A DNA stretch of 64,000 nucleotides, taken from Octopus vulgaris. Its lineage: Eukaryota. The position numbers were made by a program, and so were the translations under genes. The DNA lies in contig OX597821.1 of the NCBI GenBank assembly GCA_951406725.2, positions 31,930,001 through 31,994,000 of the forward strand, read 5' to 3'. Under the pieces are notes generated by a model. It had not been told where the DNA came from. It saw nothing but the letters and a program-made list of their open reading frames with translations, and made no database searches. Below, piece by piece: positions 28,064 to 42,542 of the stretch (its first letter is position 1; each line of letters starts with the position of its first letter).

Positions 28064-28675
28064 GAGGCATATACTTATAAGTATTTCTGTTGTAGAAATG
28101 TTTATCAAGTATTTAGATGAAGCTACTAAAATAATTTTTAGTTTTCTTTTGGAATGACGTGTGGTACAATATGCAGTTATTTTATTATTACGTCAATTCT
28201 TTAGTTGATAATGTTCGATTTGCATTTAAATATTTCATAAGCTTCCGATAGGTGCAACTTACGGACACCGTTACCGACTTTGTACGATTGTGCCTTGTAA
28301 ATATACAGCGAAAAGTAGTGAAAGATATGAAAGTAGCTTTATTTCTATCCCTAAACCAGCACGTATAATTCATATTCAAATGTACTTGCGGCAGCCTCAG
28401 TGTAAATGTATACATTTCCTTGTACGTATACGGAACATTTACATACAATAGTGTTACAGTGAGAGAGAGAGAGGGAGAGAAGAAAGAATGGGTGAGAGTG
28501 TGAGAGAGAGAGTGAGAGAGAGACACACACACAGACAGACATAGACACATATAGAAAATAGAGCTAGATATATAATATATACACGTAAATATGTATATGC
28601 ACACATTAATACACACACACACATATATATAGATATAAATATAGATATATATACTTATACCTATGTAAGTGTGTG

Positions 28676-28723
<48 letters not shown>

Positions 28724-28925
28724 AGTACGTGGGCAATGTAATATATGGGTTCATAGAGTCATGCGCCTCTCGCAAATTTGAAGTAGTGCTGTAATCATAA
28801 TCTTCTGGTGATCTGATGAGCTACGCGTGCTATTCATATTAATGTAGCTATGTAAATTACTTTATGCACAGAACTTATGGTTTCGTCTTGAAAGGTGCTG
28901 AGTTTTTATGGTTTATGTACACCTA

Positions 28926-28977
<52 letters not shown>

Positions 28978-28982
<5 letters not shown>

Positions 28983-29043
28983 CGCAGTCTGATTATATGT
29001 GTGTCTGTCTGTCGGTCTGTCCCTCTCTCTCTCTCTCTCTCAG

Positions 29044-29086
<43 letters not shown>

Positions 29087-29091
29087 CGAAC

Positions 29092-29124
<33 letters not shown>

Positions 29125-29192
29125 TATATATACAGCGCAGTCTGATTATATGTGTGTCTGTCTGTCGGTCTGTCCCTCTCTCTCTCTCTCAT
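28978..29192. repeat. Local direct duplication of a ~60 bp unit between (TA)n tracts
   Basis: tacagcgcagtctgattatatgtgtgtctgtctgtcggtctgtccctctctc occurs at 28978 and 29131. Confidence 0.9.
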
Positions 29193-29734
29193 CTTATATA
29201 TATATATATTTACATACAAACATATATACATGTATATATATGTATATATATTATTTATTTATATGTGTGTACATATATATATATATAAATACATGTATAT
29301 GTACACACACAGACACATTGAAACATACACACATATATATATGTATCCATAGATGCATATAATGTAGCGAATGTGTGTGGCTATTCGCCTGCCCCGCTAT
29401 ATGCGCATCAAAGCGTGCATGGGCTTTTGCTTGTAATTCTGTATCAACATGATGACTGATGTTTTCTAAAGCTTCAGGTTAAACATTTGGGATTATGAGT
29501 AATCAATAGTATACAGTTAATTTGTTTCTCTTAAATATTTATAATTCTTCTTCATTTTGTCAATTATAGCTTCCAGGCTACAAAACACCAAGTTCCCTCG
29601 AATGTTCCTAGAAAGACAAATAAACAATATTAATCAATATATATAGGAATTATAATATAATTTGTGTCAGACACACACAGTCACACACATACATACATAC
29701 ACGGACGTATATGTCTATTTATATATATATATGA

Positions 29735-29771
<37 letters not shown>

Positions 29772-29809
29772 CGTGTGCACATATGTATGTATATAAATAT
29801 ATATATATA

Positions 29810-29879
<70 letters not shown>

Positions 29880-31547
29880 CACCTATGTATGCACGTATGT
29901 ATGTATATAAAATTTATATGTATTTGCGCCAAGGGACTCTCTGTGTTAATGCATATGTCAGCTATTGAAAAGAATGTGCACGCATGTTATTAATGTGAAT
30001 ACAATCGCGTGATTTCAGTAGAGAAATTTATAGCATTTCATACTGTTACTTTTATAGGATATTTGGCACATAGGAGAATACTACTCACATTGAAATATTA
30101 TCTATACAAACTTTATTGCGCGATGGATATAAAGAATTATGATTCATCCAGCACCATCTGACTATCATTGCTGTTTAATACGTTTTTGTTAGTCTAAAAG
30201 AGATATTAGTATTGATAATGCATATATCTTCTGTTATTGTAAGAGGATTAGGTACTCTATATGGATATATGACAATATAGTTGATCCATTCCCTTAATAT
30301 TAATGTAATTGTCTGTTGGACATACAGTAAATTACTACAGATTGGGGTTTATCAGCAACGTGTTTGTCACTTCGTAAAAGCCTATAAATCTACAAAGATA
30401 CACAATATCATAGAAATCACCCTTTTCTAAATTCGTGATGTTTCATACAGATATCTGTAATATTTACAAAAGTAAGCCTTCAAGCTTTCGTACAACCTTG
30501 TACGCAACATACATGTCACCCAGACTCATAGACTTATAATTGAAAGAACTCCATACCATAACAAACTTCTCTCAACTTCATTGTAGGAATCAACATTTTT
30601 ATGGTTAGTATATAAAGTTCGGTTTTGAAAGATTATTGCATAAATATGTAATGGTAGACTGAATATTATAAGCCACAGAGAACGATAGCGATCTGTTTTA
30701 TTATCGGATTTATTAGACCTGCCAAATTTTTTTCCGCGAAACTAAAACTGCAACCCCCTATTGTCAGGTCTCCCACCGTTAAAGGAAATTGCTAGGCAAA
30801 TTTCCAAAATATTTCTGATGTTCACCAAGAAAACTCAACGTACATACACTTCATCCAAATTAATATAAAACAGAACACGATAAAATGGACTTGTAGCATA
30901 TTTACAAGTCACACAGTATTGGCATTCCAGTGAAGTGTCTCTTTATGTTTATATCATATTCCTTCTCTCCCTACATGTATGAAGTATATATGTGTACGTG
31001 TGTGTGCGTTATATGTATATATGTATATGCGTCTGTATGTATGTGTGTTTGTTTGTGTGCCTGCGTGTGTATAAACACATTTAAATATATGTATATAACC
31101 TATGAATGGTTAAGCATATACTTCCGTTATGTAAATTATAAACTGCTGGTTCAAACCCCGAAAGGTTCTCTCACATTATTTTGACTATTATCTAGCACTT
31201 CTTTATTCAGTTTTTAATTTTTAGTTTCTGTTCTTCTTCTTCTTTCCTCCCCTATTCCTTTTCACCAATAACATTCTCCTCCTTTTAACATACACATTTA
31301 TTCTCTTCTCTCTATCTACTTACACCTACCAGCTCTGCTTCAAACTTTCATTCACAAGACCGCTTTGAATGAACAGCACATGGAATTAATGTCTGCACAC
31401 TATCCATTTGTGATTACAAAATATGAACTCCTAGCAGAATTTCCATATCAAATGCGTAAATCCAAAATAATAATAATAACAACAACAACAACAATAACAA
31501 TAATAATAATAATAGATATAATAATAATAATGGAAATAATGCGTTAA

Positions 31548-31935
31548 TTGAGAAAGAGGAAACCAGTGATAGTGTTAATTGAGAAAGAAAGCAAACGATG
31601 CTGGATCATAGACATAGCATGCCAAGCTGGAAACAAGGTGTGCGACAAAAAAGAAAGAAATGTCGATAGATATGGCAGGTTATCTCCGAAGGTTGAACAG
31701 TTATGGTCGCTGAAAAAGGTGGTAGTAGTACCAGTAATTGTCGGAGCCGTGGGAACAGTGAGTAAAATTATTGAGAAGTACATGGAACAAATAGGGACTG
31801 CAATAAATGTGGTGCACTTGGAACCTCTGTAATACTGCGGATAGTACTTGAAAAGTAAGGGTTGTTAACTTAGTTCACTGGTAGTGAACAGCTGACATCG
31901 TAGTACATCTGCAGCGTTAGACGCTGTGCAGAGAT
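31548..31935 (+). mobile_element. R4/Dong-like LINE 3' end (RLE domain), subfamily 3
   Basis: RKPVIVLIEKESKRCWIIDIAC..VVVPVIVGAVGTV; begins after an AAT run; related copy at 33108-33490. Confidence 0.85.
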
Positions 31936-31954
31936 AACCAATAATAACAATAAA

Positions 31955-32145
31955 CCTTTCTACTGTGCGTACAAGGCCTGAAGTTTTGGAGAAGGTGGTA
32001 AGTCGATTATATCTACCCCAGTACTGCGGTGGTACCTAGTTTATCGACTCCGAAAGGATGAAAGGCAAAGTCGAACTCGACGTAATTTGAACACACAACG
32101 TAGTGGCAAACCAAATACCGTTAAGTGCTTCTTCCAGCTCGCGGC
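31955..32145 (-). mobile_element. SINE family A
   Basis: ttatcgactccgaaaggatgaaaggcaaagtcga...ccagctcgc. Confidence 0.85.
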
Positions 32146-32196
32146 TGTAATAATGATAATAATAATAATGATAATATTATTAATAATAATAATAAC

Positions 32197-32281
<85 letters not shown>

Positions 32282-32395
32282 TTAATAATAATAATAATAA
32301 TAATAATAACAACAACAACAACAACAACAAGAATAATAATAATAATATTGCATAGCGCGTGACTTGATCGGAGATCGTGTGCTGGGACGAAAACA

Positions 32396-32640
32396 ATTGC
32401 AGCGTGGAAGGTGTTTATAAGCCATTTAAAAAACACACAAAAACCGTTAGATTCACTTCAACATTTAAATTTATTCGTCAAAATATTTTCGTCGCTTTAA
32501 GACCGCGACCTCTTCACTGACAAAACTTCTTGATGCATTTGTCAGTGACGAATTTTGACAAATTGAATTTAAATGTTGAAATGAATCTAACAGTTTTGTT
32601 TGTTTCTTAAATGGCTTATAAACACCGTCCACGCTGCAAT
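32396..32640. mobile_element. Fold-back (inverted repeat) element with a degenerate hammerhead-like motif in its left arm
   Basis: Arms attgcagcgtggaaggtgtttataagccattt... / ...aaatggcttataaacaccgtccacgctgcaat; located between AAT tracts. Confidence 0.8.
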
Positions 32641-32690
32641 AATAATAATAAGACTAATAATAATAATGCTACTACTACTACTACTACTAC

Positions 32691-32722
<32 letters not shown>

Positions 32723-33107
32723 TGAATTAGAGCACAAGCCTTGACTGAAGCTGGTCGTATTCTTCGCTGCTCTGACCAGTGAGCAGCTGAAAACACAGAG
32801 ATTACTAATACAACCCTGCAGGACAACTGAAAAATAACTTTTAAAGACTGGAATATCTAATATGAGTATTTTAAATTGCTCTCAAAATAAGTTAAGATAT
32901 TTACGTATCTACAGCTTTCAAACACACAAACGATCAGTTTTATAAACTTTAATATTTACAATATAGCGAGGATTGTGCATTGGATACTTTGCAAAAAGTA
33001 TGGCCTTGACAGATCAAAGAAGTTGTACGAACATAAACCCAAATTTATCGAAAATGTTAATGCATATTGGATTTTATGGTTCAGTACGACCATGAGATAG
33101 AGAATTG

Positions 33108-33490
33108 TTAGCCAGATATACTGTTATTTGCGAAAGAAAGCAAATGATGCTGGATCATAGATATAGCATGTCCAGCTGATAATAAGGTATGCGATAATGA
33201 AGAAAGAAAAGTCGATATATATGACAGGTTAGCTTGGGAGGTTAAGCAGCTGTCGTCGCTGAAAATTGGTAGTATTATCAATAATTGTCGGAGCCCTGGG
33301 AACAGTGAGTAAAAATCTTGAGAAGTACGTGGAACAAATAGGGTCTGCAAATAGGCTGGAGTACTTGCAGAATACAACACTACTTGTAACCGCTCGAATA
33401 CCCCGGATGGTGCACCAAAATTAATGGGTGTTACCTTAGTGAACAGCTGGCATCGTAGTAAATCTGCAGCGTTAGAAGCTGTGCAATGAC
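33108..33490 (+). mobile_element. R4/Dong-like LINE 3' end, subfamily 3
   Basis: PDILLFAKESK*CWIIDIACPADNKVCDNEERKVDIY; colinear with 31548-31935. Confidence 0.85.
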
Positions 33491-33509
33491 AATACATAAT
33501 GATAATAAG

Positions 33510-33975
33510 CCTTTCTCCTATTGGCACAGACCTGAAATTTTGGGGAATGGCTAGTCGATTTTATCGCCGACATGCTTAGCTGGTATTTAATTTATCGACC
33601 CCGGAAGTATAAAAGACAAAGTCGACCTCAGTTGAATTTGAACTCAGAATTTCGTCCAGCGTGCTTACCATTAATTTATCGAACCCGAAAGGATAAAAGG
33701 TAATCTCGACCTCGGCGGAATTTGGACTCAGAATGTAGAGACATGTGAAATATCATTTGCTTTACTACCCACAATGGGCTAAACACAGAGAGGACAAACA
33801 AGGACAGGCAAACGGATTAAGTCGACGGTATCGACCCAAGTGCGTAACTGGTACTTATTTAATCGACTCCGAAAGGATGAAAGGCAAAGTCGACCTCGGC
33901 GGAATTTGAACTTAGAACGTAACGGCAGACGAAATACCGCTAAGTATTTTGCCCGATGCGCTAACGATTCTGCCT
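33510..33975 (-). mobile_element. Stack of three SINE family A units
   Basis: Core atcgac..ccgaaaggatgaaaggcaaagtcgacctcggcggaatttgaact recurs near 33595, 33678 and 33862. Confidence 0.85.
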
Positions 33976-35904
33976 GCTTGCAATAACAATAAGATAATAA
34001 TATTTTCTTTATTAACCACTGAGTGTTCACATAAAGTATTGGAGACGGTACAGAACATTAGAAAGCGAATGAGATTTGAACGTCTAAACAAAAGCAAAAC
34101 AATAAAATTTTTAACAAGTAAAATCCCCAAAAGAGGGAATCTTCCAATTTCCGCTCGTGCAAACACCACAAAAACCACGGTCGCCTTGACTTTTAGGAAA
34201 ATGCCCTCACATTCTCTTCTACCCTTGATCTCGAGCAGTATGTTTAGATAAGCCCGTTTACTCGGAACTTTCACGCTATATTCACCCAACTTTTAATAAT
34301 AATAAGATGGGAAAAGCTTTTACAGGTCATGGAAAATATATTTTGTTTAGATTATATATTTTACATGATTTGTAAAAAGCTTCGCTGTCATTGGTGAACT
34401 ATACATTGCATTGTGTTTAGATTCTTTAAAATATAGCAAATCACTGACTGCGAAGTCCAAGTTCAAACCTGAAGGATTATCAAAGCCTTTGCACCACAAA
34501 TCATAAGCAGGCAATGAGACAGAATATATTACGTCTTCAAAAACAAGGATTCAGGTGAGAAATAATCATTTACAAAATTTTGGCGCCCGCCTCACACACA
34601 AACGCATAAAAAATAAAAGTGAGAAACATATTTACACTTGTAGCTTTCAGGATTCTTGTATTATGCAGTGAAAACAGAACAGATACCACATAAAAATACA
34701 GCAGGAATTATATCAAATAAAAGTTAGGCAGTTCATATCTGGGGTGTGCATGTGTGCACAGTCAGGGTCGGAATGAGAGACCACCTGGAATGGAAGTGCT
34801 TCATGATATAATCCCCAACATTGTATTATATATCTTTCAGAGAAGTGAAAGCATTTTCATCATATAAGTATCTAAATATAGGAATAAGTTGAATGTGCTG
34901 ATTTAAACCCCTGTAAGCGTAGAAGCGATAATAATGATTAAGAACCAAATGGAGAAAATGAACATAACAAAATCCTAATTCTAAGAATATTCATAGAAAT
35001 GGGCACTTACAGGCACTGCACAAAAACACGAACGTGTACACACAATGCAATAAAGCAAATAATGGACATATGCAAAACAAACAGGGATGTACAGGGTAGG
35101 GCTATGTAAATGGGCCAAACTAAGTGGTCTATTGAAGAATAGTAATACAGAAAATGTGATGATTTGGGGACCACTTACATTGATAATACATTGCAATCGT
35201 TTATATGCTATATAATATTATATGCAAATATCACCCACAAGTGAACATCATTCGCAAGTTTCAAATAACCAATCAGTTTTCACTGCAACAATCTTAACCT
35301 TTCACTGGCAAATTGTTAAAAACTTTATTCTAGATATTTTCCCATTACAATATTCATTTTGTTTTTCTGTAACTGGCAAAATTCATTATTAAATTTGTAT
35401 ATATGATTTTGCCCAAAGGAGTTGCTTAATCTTGAATTGTGTAGCTTAATTAAATGCCCCTCATACATAAGTTCATCTATATTCAGAAAGCCAACGGCTT
35501 ATGTAAAAAAAAAAAACGGGCATATACATCTGTTTGTATACGTAGTTGTATGAGTATGTGTGAGATTATATATGTATGGACATAAACGTCCATGTATATA
35601 CGTACATAAATTCATATACATAAATACATAGGTACACACACACACATACATACATAAATATATTTGCGCGTGTGTGTGTGTGTGTCCCCTCCAACAAGAT
35701 TAATTGGTCAGGAACTTTACATTTAACCTTTTATATTAAAACGCCCTCCTTTCTATAGAACTGTACTCTTAAGAATGGCTACACTTCTTTCTCCCCTCAC
35801 CTCCATTCAAAGTTTATTTCGTTAGCGCTTGCATTTTAATCATGTTCTTTTGCACTTTTACTGCTTGTTATTCTTCATAATAATTTTTTGACTATTATAT
35901 ATAT

Positions 35905-35913
35905 ATGTGTGTT

Positions 35914-35944
<31 letters not shown>

Positions 35945-36148
35945 TTGTGTGTTTCTGTGTTTGTGTCTGTATGTATGTCTGTGTGTGTATTTGTGTGTGT
36001 GTATCTGTGTGTCTGTGTCTGTGTCTGTGTGTGTATTTGTCTGTGTGTGTGTATGTGTGTCTGTGTGTCTGTGTGTGTGTTTGTGTGTGTGTGTATTTGT
36101 TTGTGTGTGTGTGTGTGTGTGTGTATGTGTGTATGTGTGTGTGTGTAT
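35905..36148. repeat. Degenerate (TG)n microsatellite
   Basis: Direct reading. Confidence 0.95.
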
Positions 36149-36737
36149 GCACACACAAGTATGTATAAGTGTATGCTAAACATATTCAACAAATACATTT
36201 GTTTACTAAATATTCCTTCCCGGCTTTGTATTGAATGAATACTGCCTATACAACGATGTTTTAATAATTTTAATTTCTGTCCTTTTTATACTACTGCCCT
36301 TTTCACCTTAACCCTTCCTTTTATTTGTTCATCTGTACTACTCCTTCTTAATTTTCTTCCCCTTCCATGCCTTTGCTAAACTACAAATTATCAGTTTAAA
36401 TTGGCATATGAATTACTTCAGTAGAAAGTGTAACAAAGGGAGGATAATTGCATTTACGTACATTGAAAAAGGAATAAAATAGAAAAATAAGAAAGTCATA
36501 GAAAAGAATTTGAATATAGGGAAATGTCTTCAGAATTTCTATTGTCTTTATTCAAATTCTAGACAATTCATTTCGTTTGTTTATCGGCCAATGAATACAC
36601 AATTTCATCGGTTCAATGTGTATAAGTCAACTACCCAAAACGCACAATCTACTTCTCTGCATAGTCATATTAACTTTATACTTATAATAAGTATAAAAGT
36701 ATTGCTCCAGCTATGCATGCCAAACCCCAACTGCACT

Positions 36738-36793
<56 letters not shown>

Positions 36794-36928
36794 CTGGTAA
36801 AAACGGTAAGATAGAAGAAGAAGTAGACCTCAATATTATGCAAATAGAGGAAATTTATCTGTAAATAATATGGACAATTATTCAATTGCCACCAGGATCC
36901 GATCTGATTTTATATTGAATATACATAT

Positions 36929-37006
<78 letters not shown>

Positions 37007-37590
37007 GTGTGCATATATGTGCGTGAGTAATTATATATATGTGTTTGTGTGTGTGTGTTTGTGTATCTTTAAAATACAATGACTCGCACACAAGCATATT
37101 TATATTCAAATATATATATAGGTAGATATAGAATTTTGCACAGGACAATTTGTTCTACAGTATTCTCCTTAACCGTTTGAGCAACATAGTTGGTTAGCAT
37201 TTATAAGCGGATCAGACAGGATTCATGCGTATGTCTAAGGTCGGGCAGTAAACATATTCTCATATGACGTAATATCTTCAAATTTAATCGCGATTTACTG
37301 CAGCAGCATGTGGTCAACTATATCTATACTAATTTGGCATTTCTTTCTGTGCACACACTATTTGCATTTTACTGAGCGTCGGCTTGTATCTAAATATATG
37401 GACTTATTTTAACGTTACTGGTAACGTTCTACATAAGCTGTCGCAATTCACGGCTAGAATAACGGGAGAAGAGACATCAACATAGCACAGGTTGTAGGTG
37501 AGTATTGTTGAACGTGGTTTGTACTTTGCATGGAGGTTTGGATACATTATGCAGAGCAAGAGGATCTTTGCAAAACATCGATTGGGCACT

Positions 37591-37621
<31 letters not shown>

Positions 37622-37789
37622 TAATTGTTATCGCCATATTAATATGGCATTCTTATAGATATAAGAATAATCGCTGCCGCTGGTCAGCTCCATGAGGCCA
37701 CCGCCATCAAGATAGCTATTGATACATGATCTGTATCCATTATAACCTTCGAACAAGGAGATCAGCCGCTTCACACTGCCAGTCCGACA

Positions 37790-37831
37790 GCTACAGACGC
37801 GTTTCGGGGTATTGCCCCTTGTCAATGTAGC
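37790..37831 (-). ncRNA. Minimal type I hammerhead ribozyme motif (U3-A8 core variant)
   Basis: Minus strand: GCTACA-TTGACAA-GGGG caata CCCC-GAAAC GC GTC-TGTAGC. Stem I is a perfect 6 bp, stem II a 4-bp GC helix, stem III the palindrome ACGCGT, with a GUC triplet. Confidence 0.8.
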
Positions 37832-39579
37832 GCAGTCAGACCCGCAGGTGTCGCCACTGACGTCTCTGTTCGAAGGTTTCTATTTACCTAGTAATATCTT
37901 TTTATAGAGACTTAGTAATTTTAATATTTCTATTATATATATGCATTCATATCGTTGTGTGTGCCGGTGGTGTATGTGTGTGTGTGTGTGTGCGCGCGCG
38001 CGTCTGTGCGTCTGTGTGGAGTGTATGTCTAAAATGACTGTGCGTGAATCATATGTTTGGGTGGCTACTGTAGATCTCAGATTTTAGTAGTAGATGATAC
38101 AACTGTATAAAATAGTCGGTGATTGAAAGGTGTCCTGGCCCTAGTCAGAAAAGCATATCTTTGAGATATAGGTTTTGCTATATTAAGTGTGTCCTTGCCA
38201 AGAAGAAATCATCTTTGGCGGTGAACATTTAGTCAGCCAAATGTATATCTATTGTGCAAGCAGTTCGGATTGGTATAAAACTCTCAATCGAACGCTGTTT
38301 GTGTTCAAGAGGTATCATAGAGCAATAACGTTTGCCTATTTGCGTTGTGTTTTATTGAAAAGTGAAGTTTGTGAAAGAGAAAATAGTATCAATATTCGAC
38401 AATTGCAGTTTGGGGTGCATATATGGCGAAAATCAACTTCACCAGCATGCGGCGTTGTTTTGTAACTTACAGAAAGTCAGTGATATTCGTGACTTCAGTG
38501 AGGTATTTCTATACTGTGTTCATTACATCAAGACCTGTCCTCCGTAGGATTCGTGCATGGTAATGCCATATTTTATATTCAGCTGGTAGCCTATATGGAT
38601 ATTACGACACAGGAAACTTGCTCGTGTCTGGTAACAGTAGTCTATCACACCAAAGGAGCAAGTAGATTAGCATTATTTCCTAGAGTCCGAATTGCCCTAT
38701 TGGCCTCAGCTTAAGTGAGTTTAATTACACACCTTCATAGCTTGAGCAAATGAAATAAAAATAAGCAAATAGAATGCAGTACATTGCTAATTTCATTTAC
38801 TGAGCTTAAAACATTAATGGCAACGCCTTATATACTTTCTGTGTTTGAGTGTCATAATGTTTTATGGTAGCTATGCTTGTTCACACGCAAGAAACTATTA
38901 GTGATGATTTTAGGGGAGCAAATTAAATTAATACATTCCTTCGTGTTACTCAGCACTACTAAGTCATTCTTTATGTTATGCATGTGTGAATATGCGTGTG
39001 TGCATTTAGGCATGTGGAGGGTAGGGAAGCAAAACTTGGAAAATGAGAGATAATTTACCAAATTGTTTATATTACAACAACCAGCAACCTGACATAAATA
39101 TGATTTTCACACAAGTTTATAAGGATATAAAGAAACATTTATTCAATATGTCTGCCGCCATTGTCTTCCACAGCATTCACAAGATGATGAAGTACTCAGA
39201 CATGTTTTCTCTCAGGATTTACTTAAAATTACCAAGAACTGGTTGCTAAGAGAGTTCAAATCTCGGCTGGAAGAAAATTAAATGTTGGCAGGCCAAATGT
39301 CGGCGAAGTTGTCTTCGAAGAATGACTGAACTTTATTCGCCGTATGAGCAGGAGAGCCATCTAGGGTCCACACATAATTACCGTTGGGGTAGTTAGTCTT
39401 CAGCCAAAGCAAAACCTTAATCCGCAGGACTTTATAATAAACATAAGCCCCATACTTTTCCTCACATTTGAAAAATGGAGAGACATATTTTCCCGCCGGA
39501 TACCACGACTCTCAGTATCATGACTTGAGCTGGGGGCGTGTTCCTTCAGAAGGTCGCTTAGCTTGGTACATTAGAAGGT

Positions 39580-40050
39580 GACAGCCATGTATCAATCATT
39601 GTGACCTTTTAAAACAGTATCAACGGTAAAGTTATTTTCATCTGAAAAAAGAAATTGACGGTTTGTCGATTGTGCTTCAGGTATCGCAACAAATATTTGT
39701 TCCTTTAATGCCTTTTGGCTTTCATTGCATGTGACAGTAGGTATCTCGAGGAACTGACGTATGACACCAAATGTAAATCAGTGTATACAGAATTTTCGAT
39801 GGTCTTTGGATCAACTTCCATGTCTATTGACAGTTTTCTCGAGGATATTGTTTGGCCTTTCGCAATTTTGGCTCTGAGTGGCTCAAGAAATGCATTATCC
39901 CGTATTTTAGTTATGTCTCTACATCCTTACTTTATCTTGATGCCTTCAATATCAAGCATTCGGTTCTTAACATTGTAGATAGTACTCAGAGATACCCCAA
40001 TATTTCTGAGCAATACATCTAATTGCAACCACGGCACGATGAAAGCAGAA
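39580..40050 (-). mobile_element. maT/DD37D-like transposase, N-terminal remnant
   Basis: Minus-strand GVSLSTIYNVKNR..ISSRKLSIDMEVDPKTIENSVYTDLHLVSY..FSDENNFTVD, with stops. Confidence 0.75.
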
Positions 40051-40153
40051 AAATGGTTTCTAAACTATGGCTAACTAGCAAAATTATTGTAAAGTATGCA
40101 TTACTGAAAAGTATACTGAGAAGGGAAAGATTTTAATATTGTAAGCTTTAATG

Positions 40154-40370
40154 AGGTGGTGAGCTGGCAGAATCGTTAGCAGGCTGGACAAAATGCCTAG
40201 GCCTATTTCGTCCGTCTTTAGGTTCTGAGTCCATATGCCGCCAGGTTCAATCTTTCTTGTCATCTTATCGAGGTCGATAAAATAGGTACCAGCTGAGCAC
40301 TGAGGTCGATGAAATCGACTCAGTCCTTCCTCTGAAACTACTGGACTTGTACCAAAGTTTGAAACCAATA
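40154..40370 (+). mobile_element. SINE family A, full length, diverged
   Basis: ggtggtgagctggcagaatcgttagc...gaggtcgataaaataggtaccag...gaaaccaata. Confidence 0.85.
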
Positions 40371-41083
40371 TTTTAAACTTTAGTTTAAGTCTACTTTAAA
40401 TTTGAAGACATTTTTTGTCTGTTGTGGTGGTTAGTACTGCTTTTTCAAATACACTCAATCAGATTACCGATCGAAGTAAAAGTTTCTAGGTGATTTACTG
40501 CATTTAAACATTTGGGATTAAAATATTTTTCCTCCGCGGCCAATGCGTACGCGCGCACGCACACACTCACACGAACACACAAACAAACAGATATACATAT
40601 ATAATTATGTATTTGCATATTTGAATGTAATATGCAGTATTCTCAGGCAATATCTCGTCTTGCGATAATTTCTTTCACTTCGATATCAATACATCAACAG
40701 CAGAGAACATTTGCCCATTCGGAGTAGTCGCATATGCATCATAAAACATATTTCTTCAATATTTTATCCGCAACTTTATGTGTTTGTAACAGAAAGTAGT
40801 GAGCCTTCGGTGAACCAAAACTTTTTTGTGTTAAGTCAGTTCAATAACACCGTTATAATCTCCAGTTAATTATATTGTATCAATTATATCATAACGATTT
40901 ATTGCTAATTAGCAAATGATATTATTTCACACTCATTGATCTCCTAATTAACTATCACGTGAAGGTTCCAGATAGGAAAACTGATTCCGAAACATTCTTC
41001 GTTTTATTTGTTATTCATCTTTGCTACATTTGCACTAACTCCTTATATTACAATAGAAAATATTTTGATGTCTTGAATATAAG

Positions 41084-41262
41084 TTTCTTTACTACCCACG
41101 AGGGCCTAAACACAGAGGAGACAAACAAGGACAGAAAAACGGATTAAGTCGATTAGATCGACCCCAGTATGTAACTGGCACTTAATTTATCGACCCCAAA
41201 AGGATGAAAAGGCAAAGTCGACCTCGGCTGAATTTGAACTCGGAACGTAACGACAGACGAAA
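41084..41262 (-). mobile_element. SINE family A, head missing
   Basis: tttctttactacccacgagggcctaaacacagagg...aggatgaaaaggcaaagtcgacctcggc. Confidence 0.88.
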
Positions 41263-41768
<506 letters not shown>

Positions 41769-42087
41769 ATATATATGAAATAACAATTTCATTTCTTGCT
41801 TTATATGGCGAATAATCGGTTCAAAGATAAAAAAAGATAAAACCAGTATAACACCGATGACAAACGATATGTTGTCGGATTATTTTACACAAATTTTAAC
41901 ATACAGAATGGGGGTGCTTTTAAAATGGGACTAAAATATAACAGATTTCTGATGCAAACTCTGATTGCTTGAAAAAGTACATCGCTCATTTCTTAAACAC
42001 ACACACACACACACACATACATATGCGCACACAAACGCTCCATCACACTCACTCACAAACGCACACATAAGCACATACACACTGACA

Positions 42088-42128
<41 letters not shown>

Positions 42129-42137
42129 TTACACTTA

Positions 42138-42362
42138 TAAGAGGGGTGACCACTAAGTGGACATCCATTATGCTAGAAGTCGACCATCTATGGTCTTACC
42201 ACTAAGAAAGGAATGTTCTCTAGAAAATTTAACGTAAGCGAAACAAAAGAAAAGATACAAAATATTTTCTATTGTTCTTCAGAACATTCCTTTCATAGTG
42301 TTAAGACCATAGGTACTCGACTTCTACCATAATGGATGTCCGCTTAGTGGTCATCCCTCTTA
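42138..42362. mobile_element. MITE-like element with ~82 bp inverted arms
   Basis: taagaggggtgaccactaagtggacatccattatg...gttct / agaac...cataatggatgtccgcttagtggtcatccctctta; TA at both ends. Confidence 0.8.
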
Positions 42363-42478
42363 CATGTACGTAATATAATTTTTATGAATCTTCAGATTTT
42401 TCTATATTCTTGACCACTGTTTTTAAATTGATATAAATCAAATTAATATTCAATTTTTCACACTTTATGTTTTAAATT

Positions 42479-42540
<62 letters not shown>

Positions 42541-42542
42541 TT

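Noticed and set aside
28813-28860. CTGATGA followed by a gctac/gtagc stem
   Set aside because: No GAAA after the stem and no stem I or III.
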